DNA from: an uncultured Bacilli bacterium
Lineage (GTDB): Bacteria > Bacillota_I > Bacilli_A > ML615J-28 > CAG-313
Direction: 5' to 3'
Assembly (NCBI GenBank): GCA_934140285.1
Contig: CAKPBI010000003.1
Span: 4,130 to 68,129 of the forward strand
DNA: 64,000 nt
A program made the translations under genes and the position numbers. The stretch's first letter is position 1, and each line of letters begins with the position of its first letter. The notes below the pieces were generated by a model. It saw only the letters and a program-made list of their open reading frames with translations, made no database searches and was not told where the DNA came from. Positions 1 to 11,605 of this stretch are shown piece by piece.

Positions 1-39
1 ACCCAAAAAAAGAAAAACTAAAAAAGGAGATTTAAAATT

Positions 40-240
40 ATGCCAAAAATGAGAACACATTGTTCATCTAAAAAACGTTTTAAAATCACTGGAAGCGGCC
101 AAGTTAGACGTGGTCAACCTGGAATCAGACACTTAGCTCCAGCAACAACATCAAAACAATCAAGACACTTAAGAAAGTTTGCCCTTGTCTCTACACCTGA
201 CAAACGTCATATCAGACAACAATTGGCAAATCTTAAATAG
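40..240 (+). CDS. rpmI: 50S ribosomal protein L35
   Basis: 66-aa very basic ORF (MPKMRTHCSSKKRFKITGSG..) typical of L35; GGAG SD upstream; directly followed by rplT. Confidence 0.95.
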   Translation: MPKMRTHCSSKKRFKITGSGQVRRGQPGIRHLAPATTSKQSRHLRKFALVSTPDKRHIRQQLANLK

Positions 241-253
241 GAGGTAAACTAAT

Positions 254-613
254 ATGGCACGTACAAAAGGTGGAGTAGTAGCAAGAAGAAGACGTAATCG
301 CGTTTTAAAACAAGCTAAAGGTTTCTTTGGTTCTAAACATTGTTTATATAAAGTTGCGAACCAACAAGTAATGAAATCTTTAATGTATGCATATCGCGAT
401 CGTAAAAATAACAAACGTAATTTCCGTAAATTATGGATCGTAAGAATTAATGCTGCATCAAGAGCAAATGGACTAAGCTATAATCAATTAATGCATGGAT
501 TAAAACTTGCATCTATCGATATCAATCGTAAGATGTTAGCTGACCTAGCAGTTAATGATATGCCTATGTTTGTAAATCTATGTGAAACTGCTAAAAAAGC
601 TTTAGCAAAATAA
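254..613 (+). CDS. rplT: 50S ribosomal protein L20
   Basis: 119 aa, [24 protein letters not shown].. is the canonical L20 N-terminus; 13 nt after rpmI. Confidence 0.95.
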   Translation: MARTKGGVVARRRRNRVLKQAKGFFGSKHCLYKVANQQVMKSLMYAYRDRKNNKRNFRKLWIVRINAASRANGLSYNQLMHGLKLASIDINRKMLADLAVNDMPMFVNLCETAKKALAK

Positions 614-622
614 ATTAAAGAA

Positions 623-660
623 AAGCATATTAATGTTTGACATTAATATGCTTATTTTTT
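623..660. terminator. Bidirectional rho-independent terminator
   Basis: 13-bp perfect stem AAGCATATTAATG/CATTAATATGCTT with a 5-nt loop, then ATTTTTT; lies between convergent rplT and the minus-strand gene ending at 660. Confidence 0.85.
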
Positions 661-3095
661 TAGTGTTTCTTTCTTAATACAAAAGCAAGAAGGGTTACAG
701 CAGATGTTAGGGTAATAATCATTTCTATTGATTTTTTACATCCACAGCCTTTTTTATCTTCCGTTGGTTTATCATCCGCAGCCGCATTAACTGTAATCGT
801 AATAGAATCACTAATATTTGGATAATCTTTATCGCTAACAGTGATTGTTACTGTGCCTGCTTTGATTGTTTTAATTTTACCATTCGCATCAACTCTTGCA
901 ACTGATTCATCTGAACTCTTCCAAACTAAGTCAACACTAGCATCATTAGGAGTATGAGTTGTAGAAAGATTAAGTTCTTCATTAATCTCTAATGTTGTTT
1001 TATCAGGAGTAACAATTTTAATTTCTGTAATAGGTTTTCTTACAGTAATGGTTACGCTACAAGAAATTGAAGTATCAACTGTTGAGGTTGCTGTAATTGT
1101 TGCAGTACCATAGCCAAAGATATAAACTTTTCCATTAGCTACTTGAGCGACACTTGCATCACTTGTTTCCCATGTAACATTTTTACTTGCATCTGCTGGC
1201 TCAGCACTAATAGTAAATGGATATTGTTTGTCAACTTCAAATGAATTTGGAAGTCCATTAATTTGAAGACTTGTAGGTTTAGAAGTTGCAACAACTGTAA
1301 TATTAATTGTTCTTAAAACTTTTGGATTAATAGTAGATGTAGCTTTAATTTTACCACGTCCACTTGATAAAGCTGTAACTAGTCCATTTTCATCAACTGA
1401 TAAAATATCAGGAGTAAGTGATTCCCAAGTAACTGAAGCATCAGCTCCAACTGGCATAATATCAACTGTCAATTGTCCAGTTTCACCTACATTAAGGTTC
1501 TTAGGTCCATTAATTGAAATTGAACTTGGAATTAAATCTTTATTTAGTAAAACTTGAACATTCTTTGAAATTACCGAATCATCTTTCATTAAGAAATTGA
1601 TTGTAAAATTATAATTGTTAGTACTTAAAATACCACTCATAGTGTGTTTTGAGAAAGCTTCAGCGCAAGATGGAATAGTTTGTTCCCATTTGCCATCACC
1701 AGTACAATATACTTTTTTAACTTTTCCCCAAATGTCAGCAGTCCATGAGAATTCTAATGTACTATTTGCTTCGTTATATTCATAACTTACAGAATCTAAG
1801 ATATCTTCATTGGAAATGTCAGATACTTCAGCATTACGTTTAGCATTTAAAGTAAATGATTGATATACAGTACCTGTTTGATCATATAAAGAAACTATCA
1901 TTTTTGAACCTTGAGTTTTGATAACTTGTCCACGATAGTTACCACGCATTACAACATCTAGACCTTCAGTAGTTTGAACAGCGTAATCTTTCATACCTGC
2001 AGCAGGTCCAACTAAATAAGTGACACCTAATTCTTCGTTTTTCTCACCTTGATATGCAAGGTCTTTACGAATATAGATGTGTTCATGTCCACTGATTGCT
2101 AAGTCAACTTGGCATTCTTCCCAAGTTTCATGCCAATTATTCCATACTTCTTTCGCATCAGAAGCATAAGCACCAGCAGAAATAGCACCAGCATGAGATC
2201 CTACAACAATCCATCTTGTTGGATTATTTTCAACAACAGATTTAAACCAAGTCTTATGAGTTTCTAAATCATAACCAGATTTAGTATGAGGTAGGATATC
2301 TAACATAAAGAATAAAATATCATTATAAATAAAATAGTATGATGAATTTAAACGATCGATTGGTCCATTTTGTGGATTAAAGTAGAATTGATTATAAATT
2401 GATGCATCAATATAACTTGGATCATCATCATGATAATACTCATGGTTTCCAGGAATTGTTGCTGATTGATATCCATCAAGAGCAGTTAATCCATTGAAGA
2501 AAGCATCCCATTGAGCACTATAACCACCACGGTCAACAATATCACCAGTCATAACAACTAAGTTTAAATTCTTTTCTTTTGATTCAATAGCTTTAACTAA
2601 AGGATTAATTTTACTAAAATACTTAGTACTAGAACTTTGAGTATCTGTTAAAAATAAAATTGAACTTGCTCCTTCGTTTCCACCAGTTACAAAAGTTTTA
2701 ACATCACTTTTTTCATCACCTGCAACAACTTGATAATAATAAGTAGTCTTTGGTAAAAGATTTGTTAACCTTGCACGACAAACAAATCTAGTCGCAAAGC
2801 CTGTATTTACATCACGACCTTGTTCAATACCCCAAGATGTTGATGTAGTTTCAGCTTTAACAGCGTTTGTCATATTTTGGTTTGTGCTGTAAATAACATA
2901 AGAATTATCTACATTAGAATGATAGTTTACGCCAGCGGTTTCATAAGTTTCTCCTACACTGACAGTAAAATAATAGAAATTGTCACTTGCAGCTCTAACT
3001 ACACGAGTTGCTGAAAGGACAAAAAGTGATAGTGTCAGAAAAGCTAAACATGCAGTTAACAGTTTAGTTCCAACTTTTAAAAATTTTTTAATCAT
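660..3095 (-). CDS. Cell-surface metallophosphoesterase with Big_2-type Ig repeats and a C-terminal membrane anchor
   Basis: 811 aa; N-terminal signal peptide; calcineurin-like phosphoesterase motifs GDIVDRG, GNHEY, GHEH after a purple-acid-phosphatase-like N-domain; about 4 Big_2-like repeats (VTWES.., VTWETSD.., LVWKSSD..); hydrophobic C-terminal helix followed by RKKH. Confidence 0.75.
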   Translation of the reverse strand: MIKKFLKVGTKLLTACLAFLTLSLFVLSATRVVRAASDNFYYFTVSVGETYETAGVNYHSNVDNSYVIYSTNQNMTNAVKAETTSTSWGIEQGRDVNTGFATRFVCRARLTNLLPKTTYYYQVVAGDEKSDVKTFVTGGNEGASSILFLTDTQSSSTKYFSKINPLVKAIESKEKNLNLVVMTGDIVDRGGYSAQWDAFFNGLTALDGYQSATIPGNHEYYHDDDPSYIDASIYNQFYFNPQNGPIDRLNSSYYFIYNDILFFMLDILPHTKSGYDLETHKTWFKSVVENNPTRWIVVGSHAGAISAGAYASDAKEVWNNWHETWEECQVDLAISGHEHIYIRKDLAYQGEKNEELGVTYLVGPAAGMKDYAVQTTEGLDVVMRGNYRGQVIKTQGSKMIVSLYDQTGTVYQSFTLNAKRNAEVSDISNEDILDSVSYEYNEANSTLEFSWTADIWGKVKKVYCTGDGKWEQTIPSCAEAFSKHTMSGILSTNNYNFTINFLMKDDSVISKNVQVLLNKDLIPSSISINGPKNLNVGETGQLTVDIMPVGADASVTWESLTPDILSVDENGLVTALSSGRGKIKATSTINPKVLRTINITVVATSKPTSLQINGLPNSFEVDKQYPFTISAEPADASKNVTWETSDASVAQVANGKVYIFGYGTATITATSTVDTSISCSVTITVRKPITEIKIVTPDKTTLEINEELNLSTTHTPNDASVDLVWKSSDESVARVDANGKIKTIKAGTVTITVSDKDYPNISDSITITVNAAADDKPTEDKKGCGCKKSIEMIITLTSAVTLLAFVLRKKH

Positions 3096-3186
3096 ATATC
3101 TTCTCCTTTAATTTTTTACACATATATTTTACCATAAAACTAAACCTAAAAAAAATAAAATGATTTAAAATATCTTTGTCAAAAAG

Positions 3187-3215
3187 TTTACTTTTAAATA
3201 TTTGTATGGTATAAT
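3187..3215 (+). promoter_or_regulatory. Sigma-A type promoter (TTTACT-17-TGgTATAAT)
   Basis: -35 TTTACT at 3187-3192, 17-nt spacer, extended -10 TGgTATAAT ending at 3215; this makes the ATG at 3216 in the ORF track unlikely. Confidence 0.6.
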
Positions 3216-3245
3216 ATGAAAATATATGACATAAAGGGGGATTAT

Positions 3246-4178
3246 ATGTTTAAAATATTTTTTGATACACTAGCAAGACCAAGACATATCATTGATCACG
3301 TTGATGAAAAGCCTGCCATAAAATTTATTGGTTTTCTCATCCTAACAGCGATTATCTTAGTTCTTCCTTCAATAACATTGAATCTTGGTAGTTTTCATTT
3401 CCCAGATGATGAACAAAAATTAGTTATTAATGAAATTAGAAAAGCTGATGATATTGAATATAAAATTGAAAACAATCAATTAATATATACGGGAACTAAT
3501 ACCGAAAGTAATCAAACACTTAAATTTGAAAACTATGCATTTTTAGTTACCCTTACATCTATTAATATTCCTACAACAACATATGTTGTATTTTCAGAAT
3601 CAGGAGAAAACTACTTAAAAAACATAGATAACGAAAATGCAGTAATTGTTTTACTTACAAAAAATACGGTAAAAATAATTAGTCATTATAAACAACCAGA
3701 TAAAAGTGGAATGACAACTTTAGTTGCTACTTCTTCAAAAGAAGATAGAATAATCAAAGAATTTAAATATGATACATACAATGTTAACTTTAATAAGAGT
3801 AAAGAAAACAAAACCGTATTTGAAAATAATATTTACTTTTTCTGTGATTATTTATATGATCAATTAAAAACAAAATATTTAATTCTCTCAACATCAACTT
3901 TAATTATTATGATTGTTAGAAACTTACTAATAAGTATTGCGACAACTCTTTTAATTACTGGTTTATTCTTCCGCTTTATGGGGGTTCCTTTTGGAAAAAT
4001 GTTAAAGATAGTATTTTTATGCTATACACCATATGTTTTAGGAAGTGCTTTAGCAGTATGCTTTGGTGTTGATTTTCTCGCAATACTAGGGGAAGTAATT
4101 GCTTTATTTTATACATATCGTACAATGAAAATTTATTCACTATTACTATTACTTAAAAAAGGAGTTGAAACACGATGA
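3246..4178 (+). CDS. Polytopic membrane protein (possibly DUF1189-like)
   Basis: Start moved to the ATG at 3246 behind an AAGGGGG SD; hydrophobic helices at the N-terminus and in the C-terminal third; TGA stop overlaps the leuS ATG (ATGA). Confidence 0.55.
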   Translation: MFKIFFDTLARPRHIIDHVDEKPAIKFIGFLILTAIILVLPSITLNLGSFHFPDDEQKLVINEIRKADDIEYKIENNQLIYTGTNTESNQTLKFENYAFLVTLTSINIPTTTYVVFSESGENYLKNIDNENAVIVLLTKNTVKIISHYKQPDKSGMTTLVATSSKEDRIIKEFKYDTYNVNFNKSKENKTVFENNIYFFCDYLYDQLKTKYLILSTSTLIIMIVRNLLISIATTLLITGLFFRFMGVPFGKMLKIVFLCYTPYVLGSALAVCFGVDFLAILGEVIALFYTYRTMKIYSLLLLLKKGVETR

Positions 4179-6571
4179 GTTATAATCATCAACAAATTGA
4201 CGCAAAATGGCAAGAATATTGGGCTAGCCATCAAACATTTAAAACTGATACATGGGATTTTACCAAACCTAAGTATTATGCCCTAGATATGTTTCCATAT
4301 CCATCAGGCGTAGGTCTACATGCAGGACATCCCGAAGGTTATACCGCAACAGATGCTGTATCAAGAATGAAAAGAATGCAAGGTTACAATGTTCTTCATC
4401 CAATGGGATTTGACTCATTTGGTTTACCAGCTGAACAATATGCAATTAAAACAGGAAATCATCCCGATGGATTTACTAAAAAGAATATTGAAACATTTAA
4501 AAATCAACTCCGTATGCTTGGTTTCTCATATGATTGGGATAAAGAAATATCAACATGTGATCCTTCATTTTATAAGTGGACACAATGGATTTTTATCCGT
4601 CTTTATGAAGATGGACTAGCTAAGAAAGTTGATATGCCAGTTAACTGGTGTGAAGAACTTGGTACTGTTCTTGCTAACGATGAAGTAATCGATGGAAAGA
4701 GTGAACGTGGTGGATATCCTGTTGTAAGAAAGAACATGAAACAATGGGTAATCGATATTCCTAAATACGCAGAAAGATTACTTGAAAACTTAGATAACTT
4801 AGATTGGCCGGAATCAACAAAAGAAATTCAACGTAATTGGATTGGTAAATCAGTTGGTGCTCAAGTAAACTTTAAAGTAAAAGATGCCGATGATTCATTT
4901 ACAGTATTTACAACAAGATGTGATACATTGTTTGGTGCATCATATTGTGTGCTTGCTCCTGAACATAAGTTAGTTAAAAAAATAATGTCTAAAGAACAAA
5001 GTGAAGTTGTACTTAAATATATTGATGAATGTTCTAAGAAATCTGATATGGAAAGAACTGAATTAAATAAAGAAAAAACTGGTGTTTTTACTGGTGCATA
5101 TGCTGTCAATCCAGTAAATGGTAAAGCCTTACCAATATGGATATCTGATTATGTTCTTGCGACATATGGTACTGGTGCAATCATGGCGGTTCCTGCTCAT
5201 GATGAAAGAGATTATGCCTTCGCAACCAAATTTGGTCTTGATATTTTACCAGTATTAGAAGGTGGAGATATCACAAAAGAAGCCTTTACAGGTGATGGAT
5301 TACACATTAATTCTGGTTTTTTAAATGGTTTAAATAAAGAAGAAGCCATTAACAAAATGTTAGAATACTTAGAAGAAAATAAAATAGGTAGTAAAACAGT
5401 TAACTATAAAATTCGTGAATGGATTTTTGCTCGTCAACGTTATTGGGGTGAACCTATTCCAATTGTTACTTTTGAAGATGGTACAACTCGTGCCTTATCA
5501 GATGATGAACTACCTTTAGTATTACCAGAACTTGATGATTATAAACCAAGTAAGAGTGGACAATCACCACTAGCTAACGCTACTTCATGGATTAATGTTG
5601 TCGTAGATGGTAAGAAGGCAACAAGAGAAACCTCAACAATGCCAGGAAGTGCAGGCTCAAGTTGGTATTTCTTACGTTACATTGATCCAAAAAATGATCA
5701 AGCCTTTGCTGATGAAAAACTTTTAAAATATTGGATGCCAGTAGATTTATATATTGGTGGTCCTGAACATGCAGTTGGTCATTTACTATATTCAAGAATG
5801 TGGAATAATTACCTATATGATAAAGGTCTTGTACCATGTCAAGAACCATTCAAAAAGTTAGTACACCAGGGTATGATTCTTGGTTCTAATGGCATCAAAA
5901 TGGGTAAAAGATTCCCTGAATATGTTGTTGATCCCAATGTTGTTGTTAAAGAATATGGTGCAGATGCTATGCGTGTCTATGAAATGTTCATGGGCCCACT
6001 TGAAGCTGATAAACCATGGGATAACAAGGGAATTGAAGGATCTCGTAAATTCCTTGACCGTATCTATCGCTTATATGTAGAAGACTCAAAAATCAAGGAT
6101 GAACCAAATAAAAATCTTGAAATAATTTATCACCAAACAATCAAGAAAGTTACTGAAGATTATGAAGGCTTAAAATTTAATACAGCGATTGCTCAAATGA
6201 TGATATTTATCAATGCAGTATATAAAGAAAATGTCTTCCCTAGAGAATATGCCTTAGGATTTGTTAAAATTTTAAATCCTCTTGCTCCTCACCTTGCAGA
6301 AGAACTATGGGAAAAACTAGGTCATACCAACACTATTTCTTATGAACCTTGGCCTACATATGATGAGGCTAAAACAAAAGAAAGTAAAGTAACTTTAGTC
6401 GTTCAAATAAATGGTAAAGTACGTGACAAAATTGAAATAGAAATGGGACTTGATCAAGAACATATTAAAGAACTTGCTCTTAACACTCCACGTATTAAGG
6501 AATTAATAAATAATCAACCAATTAAAAAGGTTATAGTTGTTCCTAATAAATTAGTAAGTATCGTATTATAA
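4175..6571 (+). CDS. leuS: Leucine--tRNA ligase
   Basis: 798 aa; [16 protein letters not shown].., [15 protein letters not shown] (HIGH-type) and a KMGKR (KMSKS-type) motif; overall LeuRS pattern. Confidence 0.95.
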   Translation: MSYNHQQIDAKWQEYWASHQTFKTDTWDFTKPKYYALDMFPYPSGVGLHAGHPEGYTATDAVSRMKRMQGYNVLHPMGFDSFGLPAEQYAIKTGNHPDGFTKKNIETFKNQLRMLGFSYDWDKEISTCDPSFYKWTQWIFIRLYEDGLAKKVDMPVNWCEELGTVLANDEVIDGKSERGGYPVVRKNMKQWVIDIPKYAERLLENLDNLDWPESTKEIQRNWIGKSVGAQVNFKVKDADDSFTVFTTRCDTLFGASYCVLAPEHKLVKKIMSKEQSEVVLKYIDECSKKSDMERTELNKEKTGVFTGAYAVNPVNGKALPIWISDYVLATYGTGAIMAVPAHDERDYAFATKFGLDILPVLEGGDITKEAFTGDGLHINSGFLNGLNKEEAINKMLEYLEENKIGSKTVNYKIREWIFARQRYWGEPIPIVTFEDGTTRALSDDELPLVLPELDDYKPSKSGQSPLANATSWINVVVDGKKATRETSTMPGSAGSSWYFLRYIDPKNDQAFADEKLLKYWMPVDLYIGGPEHAVGHLLYSRMWNNYLYDKGLVPCQEPFKKLVHQGMILGSNGIKMGKRFPEYVVDPNVVVKEYGADAMRVYEMFMGPLEADKPWDNKGIEGSRKFLDRIYRLYVEDSKIKDEPNKNLEIIYHQTIKKVTEDYEGLKFNTAIAQMMIFINAVYKENVFPREYALGFVKILNPLAPHLAEELWEKLGHTNTISYEPWPTYDEAKTKESKVTLVVQINGKVRDKIEIEMGLDQEHIKELALNTPRIKELINNQPIKKVIVVPNKLVSIVL

Positions 6572-6576
6572 TAAGT

Positions 6577-6825
6577 ATGAAAGTATGGGATATGTTAAAA
6601 TTTATTCATAATGATAAATTACGAATAAATAAAATAGATGTGGGATATATTACTTATTACATAATAGAACTAGACAAAGAAGAAAAATTAGTAAATAATA
6701 AGTTAATAAAAAAACTTTTTACTCTAAATATTCCTCTTTATTGGTTTAGATCATACTATGAATTTGAAACATTCTTCTTAGTATTTAATCCAAAACAAGA
6801 TATAAACTTCATTTTAATTGGTTAA
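6577..6825 (+). CDS. Hypothetical small protein
   Basis: 82-aa ORF 5 nt after leuS; very AT-rich, no recognisable motif. Confidence 0.3.
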   Translation: MKVWDMLKFIHNDKLRINKIDVGYITYYIIELDKEEKLVNNKLIKKLFTLNIPLYWFRSYYEFETFFLVFNPKQDINFILIG

Positions 6826-6850
6826 AAATTAAAAAAATTAATAAATAATA

Positions 6851-6879
6851 TTTACAATTTTTTTCAAATATGATACAAT
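6851..6879 (+). promoter_or_regulatory. Sigma-A type promoter of hpf (TTTACA-17-TGaTACAAT)
   Basis: -35 TTTACA at 6851-6856, 17-nt spacer, extended -10 TGaTACAAT ending at 6879. Confidence 0.65.
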
Positions 6880-6933
6880 ATTAATAGGAGGTTTAATTAT
6901 AAATCTTCAATATATGAAAAGGAGTTGTAAATT

Positions 6934-7479
6934 ATGAAAGTAAACATTAGAGGAAATGGATTAGTAAAACTTTCTCAAACTGCACGTGAGGACATTACAG
7001 AAAAAGTAATGACATTAGACAAACTATTTAATAATAGTGAGTCACTAAATGTTAATGTTCTTTGTAAAGGTTATGAAAAGTACAATATTGTTGAAATAAC
7101 TATTCCAATGAAAAACATCATTTTACGAGCTGAAAGTAAAGCAGAAACACTTTATATGGCAGTAGATGATGCTGTCGACAAGATTGAGAGACAACTCTTG
7201 CGTCATAAGAAAAAAGTTAATTCAATTATTCGTAAACGTGAAGGTATCGCAAACTACTTTAGTGATCTAGTTGAAAATTCAAATGTTGATCAAGCAGAAA
7301 CCCCAAGCGTAAAAAGCAAAAAAATTGAATTAAATGTTATGACAATCGATGAAGCGGTAACCCAAATGGAAATGTTGGATCATGACTTCTTTGTATTTAT
7401 CAATGAGGATACCCATAAACAAACCATCGTTTACCTTCGTCGTGATGGGGGATATGGCGTTATTGAACCAAAAAATTAA
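6934..7479 (+). CDS. hpf: Ribosome hibernation promoting factor (long form)
   Basis: 181 aa; MKVNIRGNG..ITEKV.. N-domain plus a C-terminal dimerisation domain (MT.DEA..QME.L.HDFFVF.N..T); GGAG SD. Confidence 0.9.
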   Translation: MKVNIRGNGLVKLSQTAREDITEKVMTLDKLFNNSESLNVNVLCKGYEKYNIVEITIPMKNIILRAESKAETLYMAVDDAVDKIERQLLRHKKKVNSIIRKREGIANYFSDLVENSNVDQAETPSVKSKKIELNVMTIDEAVTQMEMLDHDFFVFINEDTHKQTIVYLRRDGGYGVIEPKN

Positions 7480-7605
7480 TAAATAATTTGATGTTTATTA
7501 ACCCATATGATCTAAAGAGATTCTTCGGAATCTCTTTTTCTTGCATATTTAGATTTGATTATAACAAAATATGTTATAATAATATATATTATGGAGGTTA
7601 AGTCT

Positions 7606-8328
7606 ATGATAAAATATATTATAATGGACCTAGGGGATACCCTCTTTAAAAATGTTGAACTTGATTTAACCAAGGGTGTAACATATATTTATAATAATTA
7701 TTGTAATCATAATATAGAAAAAGATGCGGTAGTAAAAGATTTCAATTTGATATGGGAATATGCATATCAAAAAAGAGATAATGATGATTTTGAAATTAAC
7801 ATTCATAATTATTTTAATTATCTAAGAGATACAATCGGATTTAAGACAACCTATGATAATAATTTTTTAGAAATTGAATTTCTAACCCACTCTACTAAAA
7901 CAATTTTGATGAATGACTTAGTTGAATTTTTAAGTTTATGCAAAACTAAGAATATTCATCTCGTAATTCTTAGTAATAGTACCTTCACAAAACAAGGTTT
8001 AATATATCAATTAAAAGAACACAACATTGATAGTTATTTTGAAGCAGTATTTTCTAGTGCAGATTATATCTTAAGAAAACCAAGCCCTCTATTCTTTAAT
8101 CTTGCTGTAAACTACCTAAAGAAAACATATTCAAATCTAAAACTTGAAGAAGTTAGATTTATTGGTAATGATTACCATTATGATGTTTTAGGCTCAACCA
8201 ACCAAGGAATAAAGGCTATCTGGTTTAATGAACAAAAACTACCTAATCCTCATTTAGTAGAATGCACAGAAGTAAAGAGCTATAAAGAATTAATCAAAAT
8301 GATGAGTGAAGAAAATGAAACCATATGA
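7606..8328 (+). CDS. HAD-superfamily hydrolase
   Basis: Start at the ATG at 7606 (GGAGG SD 8 nt upstream); MDLGDTLF motif I-like, ILSNS motif II, K..P and GNDYHYD motifs III/IV. Confidence 0.7.
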   Translation: MIKYIIMDLGDTLFKNVELDLTKGVTYIYNNYCNHNIEKDAVVKDFNLIWEYAYQKRDNDDFEINIHNYFNYLRDTIGFKTTYDNNFLEIEFLTHSTKTILMNDLVEFLSLCKTKNIHLVILSNSTFTKQGLIYQLKEHNIDSYFEAVFSSADYILRKPSPLFFNLAVNYLKKTYSNLKLEEVRFIGNDYHYDVLGSTNQGIKAIWFNEQKLPNPHLVECTEVKSYKELIKMMSEENETI

Positions 8329-8932
8329 AGAATTTAAACAAAAATTAGAAAGTATAAAAGCTTCAAATCAACGACCAAAATTATTACTTCATAGTTGTTG
8401 TGGACCATGTAGTACACATGTATTAAAAGTATTACAACCGTATTTTGATATTACAATATTTTATTATAACCCTAATATCTATCCATCTAGTGAATTTGAA
8501 CTAAGGCTAGAAACTCAAAAGAAACTACTTGATGCTCTTGATTTTCATGTAGATTTATTAGTAGAAAGAGATGACTATCAAGTCTTTTTAAAGGCTGTTG
8601 ATAAATATAAACATCTAAAGGAAAAAAGCCTAAGATGTTATGAGTGCTATAAATTTAGAATGATTAAATTACAAGAAGTAGCTATCAAATATAACTTTGA
8701 TTATTTTACAACAACCTTATCTGTAAGTCCTCATAAAAATAGTACCTGGATTAATGAAATAGGGTACTCACTAGATACTCCTGATTGTCACTATCTATAT
8801 TCAGACTTTAAAAAAGAAAATGGGTATTTAGATTCAACTCTTCTTGCTAAACAATTCGATTTATATCGACAACATTATTGTGGATGCGGCTTTTCTTTGA
8901 AAGAAAGCATGGAGAAAAATGACAATCAATGA
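8306..8932 (+). CDS. queH: Epoxyqueuosine reductase QueH (DUF208)
   Basis: LLLHSCCGPCS hallmark near the N-terminus and a C-terminal YCGC cysteine pair; about 205 aa; the start could be 8306 or 8315. Confidence 0.85.
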   Translation: MKKMKPYEEFKQKLESIKASNQRPKLLLHSCCGPCSTHVLKVLQPYFDITIFYYNPNIYPSSEFELRLETQKKLLDALDFHVDLLVERDDYQVFLKAVDKYKHLKEKSLRCYECYKFRMIKLQEVAIKYNFDYFTTTLSVSPHKNSTWINEIGYSLDTPDCHYLYSDFKKENGYLDSTLLAKQFDLYRQHYCGCGFSLKESMEKNDNQ

Positions 8933-9047
8933 TTAATCAATGAATAATTAAAAGAAATATTTAGCCTAATATTTTTTGAAAAAATTAAATACTTGAAAAA
9001 ATTGAAAAAATTTGATATTATATAATTAATATGAAAGGAAGTGTCTT

Positions 9048-11588
9048 ATGTTTAAAAGACTATTCGATCCTTCTTATAAGGAATTTAAAAAATGTGAAAA
9101 ACTAGCTACTCAAGTAATGGCTTTAGAAGATGAGTATGCTAAACTATCTGATGATGAATTAAAGGCTAAAACCACGGAATTTAAAGAAAGAATTAAAAAC
9201 GGAGCAACTTTAGACTCTATTTTAGTTGAAGCGTTTGCGACTGTTCGTGAAGCAAGTAAACGTGTACTTGGATTATTCCCATTTAAAGTTCAAGTAATTG
9301 GTGCTTGTGCAATGCACTTTGGTAATATTGCCGAAATGAAAACTGGTGAAGGTAAAACTCTAACTAGCGTTATGCCCGCGTATCTAAATGCTTTATCTGG
9401 TGAAGGTGTTCATATTGTAACTGTCAATGAATATCTAGCTCATCGTGATGCTACAGAAATGGGTAAAGTTCATGAATTCTTAGGCTTAACCGTCGGTCTA
9501 AATTTACGTGATTTATCACCTGAGGATAAACGTGCTCAATACTATTGTGATATTACATATACAACTAACAATGAACTTGGATTTGACTACTTAAGAGACC
9601 ATATGGTTCTTTATAAAGAAAAAATGGTTCAACGTCCTGTTCTAAATTTTGCGATTGTCGATGAAGTTGACTCCATCTTAATCGATGAAGCAAGAACTCC
9701 ATTAATTATTTCAGGTGGTGCTAAAAAAGGACCTAATCTATATATCCAAGCTAATACCTTTGTTAAAAACTTGATAGAAGCCAATGATGAACATCCTGAT
9801 GGTGATTATGAAATAGATGTAAAAGATCGTCAAGTAAACCTAACTGAAAATGGTATGAAGAAGGCAGAAAACTTCTTTGGAGTAGAAAATATCTATGATG
9901 TAAGATACGTAAATTTAGTTCACCATATTGATAATGCTCTACGTGCAAACTACATTATGGCTCGTGATGTTGATTATGTTGTTCAAGATAACACTGTAAT
10001 CATCGTTGACCCATTTACTGGTCGTTTAATGCATGGACGTCAATATAGTGAAGGATTACATCAAGCTCTAGAAGCAAAAGAAAATGTTGAAATCAAAAAA
10101 GAAACTAGAACCCTTGCGACAATTACTTTCCAAAATTACTTTAGAATGTATAAAAAACTTGCGGGTATGACAGGTACTGCGAAAACTGAAGAAGAAGAAT
10201 TTAGAAATATTTACAATATGTTTGTTGTTGAAATTCCAACTAATAAACCAGTTATTCGTATAGATGCTCCTGATCTAATCTTTAAAACTTCAAATGCTAA
10301 ATATAAAGCTATAGCTCGAGAAATTAAAGAAAGACATGAAAAAGGACAACCTATCCTAGTTGGTACTATCTCTATTGAAACCAGTGAATTACTATCAAGT
10401 ATTCTAAAGAAATATGGGATTCCTCATAATGTTTTAAATGCTAAACAACATGAGCGTGAAGCTGAGATAATCGCAAAAGCTGGTCAAAAAGGTGCTGTAA
10501 CAATTGCGACCAACATGGCTGGACGTGGTACCGACATTAAACTTGGAGAAGGCGTCGTTGAACTTGGTGGCCTTGCAGTTATTGGTACTGAAAGACATGA
10601 AGCCCGTCGTATTGATAACCAATTAAGAGGTCGTAGCGGACGTCAAGGAGACCCTGGATACAGTCGTTTCTACATTTCAACCCAAGATGACCTAATGGTT
10701 AGATTCGGTGGTGAAAGACTTGAAAGATTATTTGGCATGGTAATTAAAACCGATGAACAAGGTGATGAGGAACCACTAGAATACAAGATGTTAAGTCGTG
10801 TTGTTGAAAGTGCTCAACGCCGTGTAGAAGGATACAACTATGATCGTCGTAAGAGTGTTGTAGAATATGATGAAGTATTAAGAAAACAAAGAGAAATCAT
10901 TTATTCACAACGTAAAGATATTCTATTCTTAGATGATGTTGAACCAATTATCATTCGTATGTTCAAGTCTGTAGTAACAAGACTTATCCCTCAATATCGT
11001 GATCCTGAAAGTAAACAAGGAATAGTAGATAGTGATCGACTAATGAAAGAATTCTGTATGAAATTCTTTAACATTAATGATATTGAAGAATTTGAATTTA
11101 ATGGTATGAAAATTGATGAAGTTGAAGATTTCATCTGTGCACGTTTTGAAGCAAATCTTCATGCTAAGAAAGAACAACTACCAATTGAAGTATATGAAGA
11201 ATTTATGAAAGTAGTTTTACTTCGTACTGTTGATGAACATTGGATGGACCATATTGACCAAATGAGTGGTCTTCGTCAAAGTATTGGCTTAAAATCATAT
11301 GCTCAAATCAACCCACTACGTGAGTATCAAAGTATTGGTTATGAGATGTTTACTGAGATGATTGAAAATATCGAAAATCAAGTAGTTACAATCATTAATC
11401 GTGCTCAAGTACGTGATAACTTACAACGTGAGGAAGTAGCTAAACCTACAGGAACCTCAGCAGGTAATGATGAACCAGTCAAGAAAAAACCTGTTGTAAA
11501 TAAAACTAAAAAACCTGGTCGTAATGATCCATGTCCTTGTGGCAGTGGTAAAAAATATAAATATTGTTGTGGCAGAGGCGAACAATAA
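9048..11588 (+). CDS. secA: Preprotein translocase ATPase SecA
   Basis: 846 aa; MKTGEGKTL Walker [21 protein letters not shown]-terminal zinc motif [14 protein letters not shown]. Confidence 0.97.
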   Translation: MFKRLFDPSYKEFKKCEKLATQVMALEDEYAKLSDDELKAKTTEFKERIKNGATLDSILVEAFATVREASKRVLGLFPFKVQVIGACAMHFGNIAEMKTGEGKTLTSVMPAYLNALSGEGVHIVTVNEYLAHRDATEMGKVHEFLGLTVGLNLRDLSPEDKRAQYYCDITYTTNNELGFDYLRDHMVLYKEKMVQRPVLNFAIVDEVDSILIDEARTPLIISGGAKKGPNLYIQANTFVKNLIEANDEHPDGDYEIDVKDRQVNLTENGMKKAENFFGVENIYDVRYVNLVHHIDNALRANYIMARDVDYVVQDNTVIIVDPFTGRLMHGRQYSEGLHQALEAKENVEIKKETRTLATITFQNYFRMYKKLAGMTGTAKTEEEEFRNIYNMFVVEIPTNKPVIRIDAPDLIFKTSNAKYKAIAREIKERHEKGQPILVGTISIETSELLSSILKKYGIPHNVLNAKQHEREAEIIAKAGQKGAVTIATNMAGRGTDIKLGEGVVELGGLAVIGTERHEARRIDNQLRGRSGRQGDPGYSRFYISTQDDLMVRFGGERLERLFGMVIKTDEQGDEEPLEYKMLSRVVESAQRRVEGYNYDRRKSVVEYDEVLRKQREIIYSQRKDILFLDDVEPIIIRMFKSVVTRLIPQYRDPESKQGIVDSDRLMKEFCMKFFNINDIEEFEFNGMKIDEVEDFICARFEANLHAKKEQLPIEVYEEFMKVVLLRTVDEHWMDHIDQMSGLRQSIGLKSYAQINPLREYQSIGYEMFTEMIENIENQVVTIINRAQVRDNLQREEVAKPTGTSAGNDEPVKKKPVVNKTKKPGRNDPCPCGSGKKYKYCCGRGEQ

Positions 11589-11605
11589 AAAAATAAGGAG
11601 GAAAT

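Noticed and set aside
4176-4178. Possible alternative genetic code (TGA as Trp, Mollicutes-like), given the very low GC content and the two missing-stop gene fusions
   Set aside because: TGA clearly terminates the membrane-protein gene at 4178 and queH at 8932. Both RF1 (PVT) and RF2 (SPF) are encoded. The fusion junctions contain no TGA, TAA or TAG.
4175-4200. Expected T-box leader upstream of leuS
   Set aside because: There is none. The leuS ATG overlaps the stop of the upstream membrane-protein gene (ATGA), leaving no room for a leader. This is noted as a difference from Bacillus but not pursued.
6914-6937. Tiny 7-codon uORF (MKRSCKL) overlapping the hpf start, and a second AGGAGG at 6887-6892
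   Set aside because: The upstream SD-like element is 21 nt from the uORF ATG. The GGAG inside the uORF is simply the hpf SD. There is no support for translation.
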